Numbered from the stretch's first letter, positions 9,899 through 19,416 are shown. The stretch: 64,000 nucleotides of DNA from an uncultured Longilinea sp. (GCA_964536805.1 CAZHYQ010000011.1:17305-81304); one strand, 5' to 3'. The notes: generated by a model not told the origin, from the sequence alone. Translations and numbers: made by a program.

Positions 9899-11647
9899 CT
9901 ACCCTCCGAAGACCACAACCAACAGCACCAGGATCAAGCCGGCGATGATACCGAGGATGTTCCAGTTGAGCAGGCCGGTCTGGGTTACGCGCAGGGCTTC
10001 TGCGGTGTTTTGCGTGCCCTTGACGATGCCGCGGTTGATGGCCTCAAAGCCGAAGCTGTCCGTTGCTGCCTTTCCCACGCCTTTCAGGGAATTGGCCAGG
10101 CCGGAGAGTTTGTCGCGCCACCACCAGGCCGCCAGCCCAAGCGCAATAACTGCCAGGGCAATCAGGGTCGGCAGGCTAAGCACATCGTGGATCACTTCGC
10201 CCAGCGACGAGATTTCGATCCCGTGGGCTGGCAGCGTTTCAGCTCCCAGCAGCTTGCCAAAAGAGCCGGCCAGAAGCCAGGATGTGAGAGAGGCAAAGGC
10301 TAACGGGATGAGCGCCACTTTCATGGCAGGTCCGGCGTCGTGCACGTGTTTTTCGACATGCGTTTCGCCGAAGAAGACCATCCAGATGCAGCGGAAGGTA
10401 TAGAGGGCTGTGATGCCAGCGCCGATCAGCATCACAATGTAAGTCCAGATTGGAGCGCCGGCCAGCCCGGCTTCGAGGATCATCTCCTTGCTCCAAAAGC
10501 CGTTCAGGATGGGGATACCGGCCAGGGACAGCCCACCGATAATGAAAACGGCGCGCACAAGCGGCATTTGCTTGCCTAAACCACCCATCTGGCGCATATC
10601 GCGCGTACCAACCGCATGGATGATCGCGCCTGCACTGAGGAAGAGCAGCGCTTTGAATATGGAATGGCTGAAGAGGTGGAACTGGCTGGCATACAAACCG
10701 CCGGCGCCGACCGCATAAAACATATAACCCAGCTGGCTGACGGTGGAGTAAGCCAGGACGCGCTTGAGGTCGTTGGAAACCAGTGCCATAATGGCAGCCA
10801 TGATGGCAGTGACCATGCCAACCAGCAACACCGCCGTTGTCCAACCCGGAACGCCCTTGAAGGCCGGGTAGAAGCGGGCCATCAGGTACACGCCCGCATT
10901 GACCATGGTGGCTGCATGGATGAGCGCGCTGATAGGTGTGGGAGCTTCCATCGCGTCCGGCAACCAGGTTTGGAAGGGGAATTGGGCTGACTTGGCGGCT
11001 GCTGCTACCAGAAAGCCGAAAGCCATCACCGCCAGCAAATTGCCTGGCATGAGGGCCGGGTTGTTGATCAGGGTATTGAAATCCATCGAACCGGTGACGG
11101 CGAAAAGCAGCAATGCACCAGCCAGCAGGCCAACGCCGCCGAACTGAGTGATAATGAGCGCCTTGATGCCAGCTGCAACTGCCTTGGGATCGTCGTTGTA
11201 GAAGGAGATCAGCGCATAAGAACACAATGCCGTGATTTCCCAGAAGAAAAAGACCAGCAGCATGTTGCTGGTGAGCACCAACCCGGACATGCCGCCGATG
11301 AAGAACAACACCATGGCATAATAGCGCCCGAGTTGATCTTCGCCGTGCATATAATCGACCGAAAAAATGACGGCCAATGAACCAATCACAGTTGCGACAA
11401 CGGTCAGGAAGACGCCTAACCCGTCAGCCACAAAGGTGAAATCGCCAAAAACGCTGCCAACAGGGAAGCTGACAACGGTCTGGCTGGATGCGTAAGGGAT
11501 GAGTGCAACGCCTGCGCCGCCAGCCAGTAAGGCAAAGGCGACGGCAATGCGGTGTTTGACGCCGGGTTGGTTATTGCCGACCAACCAGACCACCAGGCCG
11601 CCCACCCAGGGAATTGCGATTGTGAGAAGTAATAATGTGGCTGCCAT
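9899..11647 (-). CDS. Antiporter-like subunit (NuoL/MrpA family)
   Basis: FFWEITALCSY, AAKSAQFPFQTWLPDAMEAPTPISALIHAATMV, KRVLAYSTVSQLG and HSIFKALLF motifs, plus a C-terminal lateral helix and final TM. Confidence 0.95.
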   Translation of the reverse strand: MAATLLLLTIAIPWVGGLVVWLVGNNQPGVKHRIAVAFALLAGGAGVALIPYASSQTVVSFPVGSVFGDFTFVADGLGVFLTVVATVIGSLAVIFSVDYMHGEDQLGRYYAMVLFFIGGMSGLVLTSNMLLVFFFWEITALCSYALISFYNDDPKAVAAGIKALIITQFGGVGLLAGALLLFAVTGSMDFNTLINNPALMPGNLLAVMAFGFLVAAAAKSAQFPFQTWLPDAMEAPTPISALIHAATMVNAGVYLMARFYPAFKGVPGWTTAVLLVGMVTAIMAAIMALVSNDLKRVLAYSTVSQLGYMFYAVGAGGLYASQFHLFSHSIFKALLFLSAGAIIHAVGTRDMRQMGGLGKQMPLVRAVFIIGGLSLAGIPILNGFWSKEMILEAGLAGAPIWTYIVMLIGAGITALYTFRCIWMVFFGETHVEKHVHDAGPAMKVALIPLAFASLTSWLLAGSFGKLLGAETLPAHGIEISSLGEVIHDVLSLPTLIALAVIALGLAAWWWRDKLSGLANSLKGVGKAATDSFGFEAINRGIVKGTQNTAEALRVTQTGLLNWNILGIIAGLILVLLVVVFGG

Positions 11648-11650
11648 GGT

Positions 11651-11962
11651 TTATCTCCGCAAGGTGGTGAGCGCTTTAACGTCCAGGGTGCCAACATGGC
11701 GGCGGATTTGAACGGCCAACGCCAGGCCGATCACCGCGACGATGGTGTCGGAGACGATGATGGTCAAAGCCATGCTCTGTGCCAATGCCATATCGCTGCG
11801 CAGACGGCCGGCAAGGGCAAAAGCCACCAGAACACCTTTGACCATGATTTGCAGGGCGATAATCATCTTGATCAGGTTGCGGACCGCCAGCAGGGCATAC
11901 AGCCCAATGCCGACCAACCCGAGAATGACGATGCCAGCGATGACAGGAATGGAAAGCGTCAT
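11651..11962 (-). CDS. NuoK/MrpC/MbhG-like subunit
   Basis: 103 aa with three TM helices. GLYALL..RNLIKMIIALQIM and the C-terminal DVKALTTLRR resemble NuoK. Confidence 0.88.
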   Translation of the reverse strand: MTLSIPVIAGIVILGLVGIGLYALLAVRNLIKMIIALQIMVKGVLVAFALAGRLRSDMALAQSMALTIIVSDTIVAVIGLALAVQIRRHVGTLDVKALTTLRR

Positions 11963-12438
11963 TCTTCCACCTCTTCTTTCTTGCCATCCGCGAGGAGACC
12001 CAACATGGCTAAAGCGCCTGCAAAAATCAATACTGCCTGCAGGAATACATCCAGGCTGCGTGATTGCCACAACGTGGTACCCAGGTCGCTGGCGGCCAGA
12101 ACTGGGGCGGCAACATCCACCCCAGGCAGCATCAGCCAACCGACCAGGAGTCCTGAAATTGCGATAACAGCCCATGCCAACGGGCGGGGAATCAATGGGT
12201 GGGCAGCCAGGGCTTCTTCACCGGAAATGTTGATGGCAAAAACAAACAACACGGTGACCAGACCGGCGCCCACGCTCAGTTCAATGACGGCAATTTCCGC
12301 AGCACCCAGGAGAAAGAGAAACAGGGCCACCAGGGCGCTTGATCCGGCCAGCCAAAGGGCTGATACCAGCAGGCGTTGTGCCCTGATCGCCATGACGGCG
12401 CATAGCAGAATTCCCACCATGACGAGAATTTGCCACAT
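11959..12438 (-). CDS. NuoJ/MbhD(E)-like membrane subunit (DUF4040-like)
   Basis: GGAGG RBS before ATG 12438. Motifs GAAEIAVIELSVGAGLVTVLFVFA and RSLDVFLQ. First gene of the operon. Confidence 0.8.
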   Translation of the reverse strand: MWQILVMVGILLCAVMAIRAQRLLVSALWLAGSSALVALFLFLLGAAEIAVIELSVGAGLVTVLFVFAINISGEEALAAHPLIPRPLAWAVIAISGLLVGWLMLPGVDVAAPVLAASDLGTTLWQSRSLDVFLQAVLIFAGALAMLGLLADGKKEEVEE

Positions 12439-12479
12439 GGGACGACCTCCTTCAAGATATGAAGAAAACAACACTTTTG

Positions 12480-12508
12480 GGTATAACCTACACCTTGAGA
12501 GTTGTCAT
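12480..12508 (-). promoter_or_regulatory. Putative sigma70-type promoter of the hydrogenase operon
   Basis: Minus strand ATGACA (12508-12503), 17-bp spacer, TATACC (12485-12480). No better candidate was seen. Confidence 0.4.
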
Positions 12509-12524
12509 GTGGTAAATATCACAA
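12507..12524. promoter_or_regulatory. Rex-type (or CRP-type) operator ATGTGGT-AAAT-ATCACAA
   Basis: One mismatch to WTGTGAW-N4-WTCACAW, and also fits TGTGA-N6-TCACA. It abuts the putative -35. Confidence 0.55.
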
Positions 12525-12736
12525 GTCTGGGTGTTTTCCATCCTGAATTGTTGACAGGTGGGGTAATTATGCGTTTATCCGGCTCCATTCCATAAAAATA
12601 CAGGAAATGGAGCCAATTTTGATGCTATTGGCTGCAACTTAAACCGGCGTGATGAACCTGAATCGCCTGCTCGATGCTGGGGGATTGCTTGAAGCTCGCA
12701 GCATCAATGGTAGGGCTGGAAGCTCCTGCGAAGCCT

Positions 12737-13210
12737 TCAGGGAAGGTGAATTGTGGCGAGATCGTCAAGCAATGCCTGCCGCTCATCTTCGCCCGGGATT
12801 AATTGGGCGCAGACGCGTGCTTCAGAGAGGTACTCCGCCGTTTTGGCGGAATTTCCAGCAACTGCCACGGAACGGGCCAGAGCTTCAAACGCATAACCGG
12901 TGTAAAAAGGCTGGCTTCCATCCCTTTGGCTGGCATCCAGCGATTTTTCTGCATAGCGGCGGGCGTTGTCAGCCTGCGCGAGAATGGCATAAACCCGCGA
13001 AATTTGCCAGCATGCGATCGACTCGCTTTGAGCGGAATAATCATCGCGCTGGGTCCAATGGTAATGCGATGCCAGCGCCAACCGAATCATTTGATCGTCC
13101 TCTTCGGGCGTGCGGCCGGTTTTGTCGATCAAATCCCAGGCCTGATTGAAGCAGTTGGCGGCAAAGAAATGATGGGCGGTTTGTAGATCAAAGGAAGGTT
13201 TCTGGGTCAT
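12737..13210 (-). CDS. Conserved all-helical (TPR-like) hypothetical protein
   Basis: 157 aa, ATG after GGAGA. Pattern AHHFFAANCFNQAWDLI...ASHYHW...WQISRVYA...YAFEALARS is typical of a widespread uncharacterised helical-repeat family. Confidence 0.7.
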   Translation of the reverse strand: MTQKPSFDLQTAHHFFAANCFNQAWDLIDKTGRTPEEDDQMIRLALASHYHWTQRDDYSAQSESIACWQISRVYAILAQADNARRYAEKSLDASQRDGSQPFYTGYAFEALARSVAVAGNSAKTAEYLSEARVCAQLIPGEDERQALLDDLATIHLP

Positions 13211-13293
13211 AGAATCTCCGGTCGCAGGATAATGGCAGGGAAGAAAAGAAACTCCTTGCCTCCCTGCCAGTACAGGGATTGATTTCCCCGTCT

Positions 13294-16200
13294 TTATGGT
13301 GCAATGGTCAGTAGGCTGCCCGCACTCGTGGCTTCGACCTCGGGGAAGTAATAAATGAAGGCATGCGCTGGCAGCACTTGAAATTCGCCGGAGGTTATCG
13401 GGACAAGCTGGTAGGTAAGCTCGTACGTACCGGCGGGCAGATAGGGCGCCACCCAGGTGACATTCTCATCACCGATCTGCGGATCTCCAAAGTACCACCA
13501 GCCCCAACCCTGGCTGAACGGATTGCGCGGGTTGTACTGCGGCCCGATGACTTGATCGGTTTGGTTTTGCTGGCTGGTCTTCAGACTCAGGTCAAGTACC
13601 TCTGCACCGGCAGGCAGCCAATCTTCCACCACTGCGTAGTATTGATCCGATGGCACCGTCAGCGAGAGGCGCACCCACACGGTTGTGTCAGCCTGCAAAC
13701 GGACGCTGGTCACTTCCGGACAATCGGGCAACTTACAATTACCAGTTACCTGGTAATAACGCCGTTCAAGGGTCATGCCCCGGCTGACCGGTTTTGCGTC
13801 CTGCGCCGGCCGGTTGACTTGCAAATAGGCACGGTAATACAATCGCCCATTTCCTGCCTGGCGGGAAATCAACAGTTCATTGGGGACGGATAACAACTGG
13901 CTCAATGGCACATTGGCGCGTACCGGATTGAGCGCGTTAACGCCCCCGGCGACGCCGCTGGCAAGCGGTGCGCCATTCAGGGTTGCGCCAAAGCTGAAAT
14001 TCGCCTGAAGATCACCGGTTCCTTTCATGGTCTCGATCAGGGCCGTGATCACCCAGGCTGATTCATAACTGGTTGACCAGCCGCCAATTTCCTTCCGATT
14101 GGTGATCAGATAGCGGGTCGCATCCACCAATAACGGGCTGGCTGGATCGAGGCGGGCGAGTGCATAAGTGACAATTGCGGTACTTAAATTGCGCGAGACG
14201 AAATTTTGCCGGTATTCAACCGCATCCTGCCAGTTAACGCCAGTGGCGGAACGCAAGGCGGTCGCCTGCAAATCGGAGAGCAGCGTGGCGGTATCGGCGT
14301 TACCGGGGTCCAGTTTATCCAGTGTCAATGCCAGCAAGGCCTTTGCCCATGGATTCAGACGGCTGCGGAAGGGCAGCAATGCTAGCGGTTCCTGGGCGGT
14401 TTGGCCTGCCTCGGCGAGTACGAAATGCTGAAACGCCAGGCGGTCAAGTTGAAAATCTTCGCTGGACATTTGCGGCGTCAGTAAACTAGCCTGTAAATAT
14501 TGCACGCCGTTGTTGAAGACCTTGGTGGAAACATCAAAACCGGCCTCTCTGGCACGAATCAGCGCCCAGACGGCATAGATGGAAATCTGGGGATCGCTGA
14601 GGGAGGTTGCATCCCAACCCCAACCGCCGTCCGATTTCTGACGGGCGAGCAATTTGGGTAAATCGGCAGTCACCTGCGCGCTCAGTTGGTCCTCCAGGAC
14701 GGAATTGCTAATTCCAAGGTCCTTCAAGGCGCGGTAGGTTTCCAGATTGGGGAGGATGCGCGAAATCAACGCTTCGGTAAAATCGAAACGATTCTGTTCG
14801 ATGATGGTCAAGTCCGAAAGTACAGTTGCAGCCAGCGATGGCGTCAATTCAACCTGCAATTCGCCGCTGCGAGCGGTGAAACTGCGCGGAAGCGAAACCG
14901 TTTCCAGCCGATCACCTGCTTCATAAAGGACGCCGGCCGTGCCAAAGGTTTGCGGTGCGGTGAAGCTCAAAACAGGCAGCTTGCCCCAGGTTGGACGGGC
15001 GAAATCCTGCAGTCCGCCGCCCTGGGCTCCAAATACCAGATCCGCTTCCTGATTGAATCCAACCGTACCCCACCATGCCACGCGCTGTTGTGCGCCGGCT
15101 GCGACCTGGATGCTCTGGACCGCCCTGGCAGGTTCATCCAAAACAAAACCGGTTGGTTGCAGGCTGACATCCACGGAGAGATTCTGAGCGGTATTGTTAT
15201 TGACCAGCGCCGCCAATTCGAGGTGATCTCCCGCAACCAGAAAGCGCGGAGTGACCGGCCGCACCAATAAATCTCGCGTGGAAATAATTTCCAGTTCGGT
15301 CTCGCCAACCAGCGAATCTTTTGTAATGCCGCGCACCATGCCGACCCAGGTTGTCACGTTATCCGGCAGCGCCAGACTGAGCTGCGCTCGACCGTTGGCA
15401 TCGGTGACAACCTCGCCGTTCCAAAAGGCGGTATCGCGAAATTCCTCGCGAACGGTTGGAGTGCTTCCCATGTCTCCGCCCCCGCCGCCCCCGCCGCGTC
15501 CGGGCGGAATGGCTAGCGGCCGCTGTCCATAGGCTGCCAGTGAAAGACTGGTTTCAACGCCGAGGGGTTGATCGCCATAATAGGCATCCCTGATCGGGGT
15601 TGAATTCGGGTCAGCCAAAGCCAGCACAGCCTTATCAATCAAAGCCAGCGAAAATTCTCCCTGAACTGGTTTTCCTGCGGAGTCTTTGACCTCCAAATTG
15701 AGGGTCAGGTTTTCGCCGGGGCGGGCTTGTTTGGGTTCGGCTGTCAGCTTCACATCCAGAATCAGCGCAGAAGGATCGACTTTGATTACCGTGTACCCTT
15801 GGCGGAAATCGAAAACCTCGCCATTATTGCCTAAAAGGGTGACTGCAACGTAAACAGTAGGCGCATAATCTTCCGTCAACGGCAGTTGGTAGTCCAACCC
15901 TGAGCCCGTTATCGAGATAACATCGCTGTGCATCACCTTTGCCCGCTCAACCGTGATCAACGCAATTGCACCGCTCGAGAACGGATTGGGTATGAAAATC
16001 CGTGCGGTTTGTCCGGGTTGGTAGGTTTGCGCATCCGGCGACAGGCGTAAACGCTGGTTCGAAAGCTGTGGCCAGGGGGCTGATCCTGCTCCGCTCACCC
16101 ATACCCACACCTGGCTGACGGCATTGCCGTTTGATACTTCCACCTGATAAACCCCCGGTTGGGTGGGCGTGAACGCGATGCGTGCCTGACCATCCGCACC

Positions 16201-19200
16201 GCTGACAAAATCGGTGCTGCCGACAGTCGTATATTCGGGCTCGCTTGAGAATTCGCCGATTTGCGCGTTGTATTTTTGTTTCCAGGTGATTTTTTGAAAT
16301 TGCGCGGTCATGGGAATATTGGCTTTAGCCTGCTGGTCCCAATCCACGGTTAAGATACTGAATCCCAATTCATCACCCGCCTGGCTGCTCCAGGCCTCCG
16401 GCTGAATGCCGATGGCAAACTCGGCCGGAAGCAAGCGCATGCTTCCGCGCCCGCTCACGGGTTGATTGGACGGGTCGGTGATGGTGGCTTCGAGCGTCAA
16501 ATCTTGCAGGGAGGTTGGGCTGAGCCCGGCTAACTGATCGGGAGTAATCGTCAGCGAATATTTTCCCGCAGCATCGGTATTTGCCTGACCGCTCAGGATA
16601 ACCTGGTCAAAGCTATATGGATAGTAAAACGCATTCAACCAGCCGGTATCCATCGGTCCGACCTGGTAGCCGCCGGGAAGATAAAAATTGCTTTGCCGGC
16701 GCGAAAGCGTCCAGTTGATCGGAAGATTGCCGGCCGGAGCGCCGAAATAATAATTTGCGGCAATGGTCGCATGCAGGTTGGACCCGGCCAGCACAGACGG
16801 CTGGTCGAAATTCACTTTTACTTCCATTTCCGGTTTGCGATAATTGGCTACCTGGAAATACTGGTAGGCATCCATGCCGGCAACTTCAAAGTGGTACTGC
16901 CCCGGAGAAGCGCTTTCCGGCAGGGTGAAACTCATGCTGAATGTTCCAAAAGCAGTGAGCGTTTTGCTTTGCTGTTCGATTGTGGCGGTGTTTCCGGTCA
17001 GCGGATCATACGGGCTGACCAGCGACACGGAATAATTGCCGTCAGGCGGGAGTTGATAACGGCCGTTCACCGGCGTGCGGACAATGCCGCGCAGAAAAAC
17101 GGTTTGTCCGGGCCGGTAAATGGGTCGGTCGGTATACAGATAAATGCCCGGTTTGGGCTCCTGTATGAGGGTCGAAATGCCGTAATCCCAACTATTGATC
17201 CCGGCAGACCAGTTGGTCACCGCCAGAGAAAAATCATCATCTCCCGGTTTTCCGGAAATGGCAAAAAGATAATCATAAATTTGGCGTTTCGGCGACAACG
17301 GAATTGCGGCTAGCCCGTTTTCATCCGTATCGCTATTGCCAACCTCGCTCTGGTTTTGGTCGTAGATGTGAATCTTCAGGCCCTTGACGGGTTGGTTCTT
17401 TTCCAAATCAACCGCCCAGACCATGATTTCGTCGATGCTTTCTTTGAGGGTCAATTGAATGTGGGATGAAACCGCCAAAAAATCGTTGTTTGAGGCATTG
17501 GTTCCCCTGATTTGCGGAGAACTTACGCTAAAGGCATACAAACCTGGCTTAAGAGATTGACCGTTGGGGGTTAATTCAATCCCGATGGTCTGGTTGCGAT
17601 TGGCTTCCAGGTTCAAGGTTTGCTGCCAGCGGGTGTCTTTACTTGGATTGACGTTGCCAAGAGCCGCCGCAATAAAATTCAGTTCATCCACCCTGCCGGA
17701 TCGGATGTCCAAAGCAAGCAGGTTGGTGGCGTTGGCTGCCAGCAGGGTGTCATTGGGTGTAAGAAAAACAACCCGGCTTCCTGTGGATTGCACAATGGGA
17801 ATACTCAATAAGGGCTGACTGTCTTTGGTGTTGAATTTCAGGATGTAATCCTGCCCCAGCTGCATGCCCCATTGATCCTTCAGTTCTGCTGACAATGTAA
17901 GGGCATATTCGGTGCTGGGGGCGAAGTAACCGCTGATGTTCAAAGACTTTTCGCTTGAATAATAGTAGTTTTCGCTGATGGGCGGGTCGAATTTCACCAA
18001 TTCAGCGAAATCCTGGTTTTGTGCCAGCGGCGATGAGAAGGAAAAGGATAAACCGCCGTATCCGCCATAATTCTGCAAGTTTCCGTTCTGAGGTGGATCG
18101 GTTTTCACCACTGACAGCGCTGGAACGCTGCGATACGTTTCGTCCACGGCCGAATTAAGCGGCGTGCCGCCCAGGCCAGCGGCTTGTTTGGATAATTGCA
18201 GGGTGTAATTAACATCCCGATCCAGCAGCGCTGTTGGTTTAAACGTTACACTGGTCGAGTCATCGCTCCAGGTAAAGCTGCCTGCGATTGGACTACCTCC
18301 CTGGGGGGAAAACTGAAAAGCGCCTTCAACGCTGCTGCGGTTAACGGGCTGGTTAAAGGTTAACGTAATGGGAGCATCCAGACCGATTACACTGCCGGAG
18401 GCTGGTTCGAGGTTTACCAGGCTCGGGACGGCAGTGCTGAATGACCAGTTGAATTTGACGTCGGGTGAAAGAGAACTGCCTGATTGGCTTGTCAGGTCTG
18501 GGTTGATTCTAATGGAATAGGTCACCCCGCCTTGTAGAGCAGGATCGGGATAGAAAATGTATGTGCTGGTGTTGATCCACTCACCGCGTCCTTCCACGGC
18601 AGGTTTTATGGTAAAGGCCTCCGGTGAAGTAGTTGTTTCCCCCAACGCCACCACGGGCAGGTTGAAAGTTGCCACAATCGCCGAAGTTGGGTCAACATCA
18701 GTGCTTTCCGGGCGCGGTAAACGTTCGGTTGCGCTTAAAAATGGCGAGGTCTGGTAATGAAAAGAAATCAGGTCCGCCATGGCCAGACCGTTTGCGGCCG
18801 TCGCGCTTTTTTCCAAAGATACCGTCAAGGATGTATCAGGCGGCAGTGGCTTGTCCGGGATAAATCGCATGGTGGAATCATCCGGCCACTCAAATTTGCC
18901 AGCCAGAGCTGGTTCGGTATGCAGTGCGCCCTCCACCGAGGAACGCTGCATCGGTTGATTGAAAAAAACGGTGACGGCGCCATTTGCCGTCAGATCGCTG
19001 TTAGGCAGCGGATCCGTTTCCACCACTGCAGCCGGCAGCGGTTTGGCGGCAGTCACCGCAACCGGAGTTGCAGACTGTACGGTCGGCGTGGCTGTGCGGG
19101 TGATCACGGGTAAATTGCAGCCTGAACTGATTAACATCAAAATGATGATCAGGCTGAAGAATATTCTGCTTAAAGGTAAACGTTTCTTATCAATTTTCCC

Positions 19201-19215
19201 GGGGATGGATTTCAT
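13294..19215 (-). CDS. Bacterial alpha-2-macroglobulin family lipoprotein with N-terminal Ig-like (Big_5-type) repeats
   Basis: Lipobox LISSG-C; three repeats of V.FN.P(M/V)...VE..F; MG domain IYLYTDRPIYRPGQTV; bait region GRGGGGGG..VREEFRDTAFW; LPDNVTTW; QKSDGGWGW; C-terminal DWLPAGAE...YLPAGTYELTY. Confidence 0.93.
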   Translation of the reverse strand: MKSIPGKIDKKRLPLSRIFFSLIIILMLISSGCNLPVITRTATPTVQSATPVAVTAAKPLPAAVVETDPLPNSDLTANGAVTVFFNQPMQRSSVEGALHTEPALAGKFEWPDDSTMRFIPDKPLPPDTSLTVSLEKSATAANGLAMADLISFHYQTSPFLSATERLPRPESTDVDPTSAIVATFNLPVVALGETTTSPEAFTIKPAVEGRGEWINTSTYIFYPDPALQGGVTYSIRINPDLTSQSGSSLSPDVKFNWSFSTAVPSLVNLEPASGSVIGLDAPITLTFNQPVNRSSVEGAFQFSPQGGSPIAGSFTWSDDSTSVTFKPTALLDRDVNYTLQLSKQAAGLGGTPLNSAVDETYRSVPALSVVKTDPPQNGNLQNYGGYGGLSFSFSSPLAQNQDFAELVKFDPPISENYYYSSEKSLNISGYFAPSTEYALTLSAELKDQWGMQLGQDYILKFNTKDSQPLLSIPIVQSTGSRVVFLTPNDTLLAANATNLLALDIRSGRVDELNFIAAALGNVNPSKDTRWQQTLNLEANRNQTIGIELTPNGQSLKPGLYAFSVSSPQIRGTNASNNDFLAVSSHIQLTLKESIDEIMVWAVDLEKNQPVKGLKIHIYDQNQSEVGNSDTDENGLAAIPLSPKRQIYDYLFAISGKPGDDDFSLAVTNWSAGINSWDYGISTLIQEPKPGIYLYTDRPIYRPGQTVFLRGIVRTPVNGRYQLPPDGNYSVSLVSPYDPLTGNTATIEQQSKTLTAFGTFSMSFTLPESASPGQYHFEVAGMDAYQYFQVANYRKPEMEVKVNFDQPSVLAGSNLHATIAANYYFGAPAGNLPINWTLSRRQSNFYLPGGYQVGPMDTGWLNAFYYPYSFDQVILSGQANTDAAGKYSLTITPDQLAGLSPTSLQDLTLEATITDPSNQPVSGRGSMRLLPAEFAIGIQPEAWSSQAGDELGFSILTVDWDQQAKANIPMTAQFQKITWKQKYNAQIGEFSSEPEYTTVGSTDFVSGADGQARIAFTPTQPGVYQVEVSNGNAVSQVWVWVSGAGSAPWPQLSNQRLRLSPDAQTYQPGQTARIFIPNPFSSGAIALITVERAKVMHSDVISITGSGLDYQLPLTEDYAPTVYVAVTLLGNNGEVFDFRQGYTVIKVDPSALILDVKLTAEPKQARPGENLTLNLEVKDSAGKPVQGEFSLALIDKAVLALADPNSTPIRDAYYGDQPLGVETSLSLAAYGQRPLAIPPGRGGGGGGGDMGSTPTVREEFRDTAFWNGEVVTDANGRAQLSLALPDNVTTWVGMVRGITKDSLVGETELEIISTRDLLVRPVTPRFLVAGDHLELAALVNNNTAQNLSVDVSLQPTGFVLDEPARAVQSIQVAAGAQQRVAWWGTVGFNQEADLVFGAQGGGLQDFARPTWGKLPVLSFTAPQTFGTAGVLYEAGDRLETVSLPRSFTARSGELQVELTPSLAATVLSDLTIIEQNRFDFTEALISRILPNLETYRALKDLGISNSVLEDQLSAQVTADLPKLLARQKSDGGWGWDATSLSDPQISIYAVWALIRAREAGFDVSTKVFNNGVQYLQASLLTPQMSSEDFQLDRLAFQHFVLAEAGQTAQEPLALLPFRSRLNPWAKALLALTLDKLDPGNADTATLLSDLQATALRSATGVNWQDAVEYRQNFVSRNLSTAIVTYALARLDPASPLLVDATRYLITNRKEIGGWSTSYESAWVITALIETMKGTGDLQANFSFGATLNGAPLASGVAGGVNALNPVRANVPLSQLLSVPNELLISRQAGNGRLYYRAYLQVNRPAQDAKPVSRGMTLERRYYQVTGNCKLPDCPEVTSVRLQADTTVWVRLSLTVPSDQYYAVVEDWLPAGAEVLDLSLKTSQQNQTDQVIGPQYNPRNPFSQGWGWWYFGDPQIGDENVTWVAPYLPAGTYELTYQLVPITSGEFQVLPAHAFIYYFPEVEATSAGSLLTIAP

Positions 19216-19389
19216 GACATTACCCTTATTATCATGCGTATAGGCAATAGATATGTGATCGTTCTTCCATCAGTTCTGAGACGCCGAAACTTAAAGAAAG
19301 GTTCCAGTCTCGTCTGATTTATTATCCCAATTATATAGCTGAGGAGTCAAGATCTGTTAACCGATCCAAAAAAACCGGCGAAGTTTGGC

Positions 19390-19416
19390 AAAAAAACGGC
19401 GGTCCAAAGACCGCCG
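19390..19416 (-). terminator. Intrinsic terminator after the SBP gene
   Basis: Stem CGGCGGTC/GACCGCCG with loop CAAA, followed by a T7 tract on the minus strand. Confidence 0.8.

Noticed and set aside
8227-11225. Long alternative-frame ORFs (for example 8227..9918, 10239..11225, 1040..1642, 53811..56135)
   Set aside because: These are shadow ORFs of GC-rich genes with low-complexity Arg/Gly/Pro translations, and they overlap well-supported CDSs.
4481-12438. Calling the operon respiratory complex I (nuo)
   Set aside because: The D-like subunit retains all four Ni-Fe cysteines and a cleavable tail, a maturation protease is present, and NuoE/F/G and a third antiporter are absent.
12551-12620. 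Plus-strand TTGACA plus hairpin as a small RNA
   Set aside because: There is no convincing -10 at the proper spacing and the U-tract is weak; it may just be a terminator or pause site for the upstream minus-strand gene.
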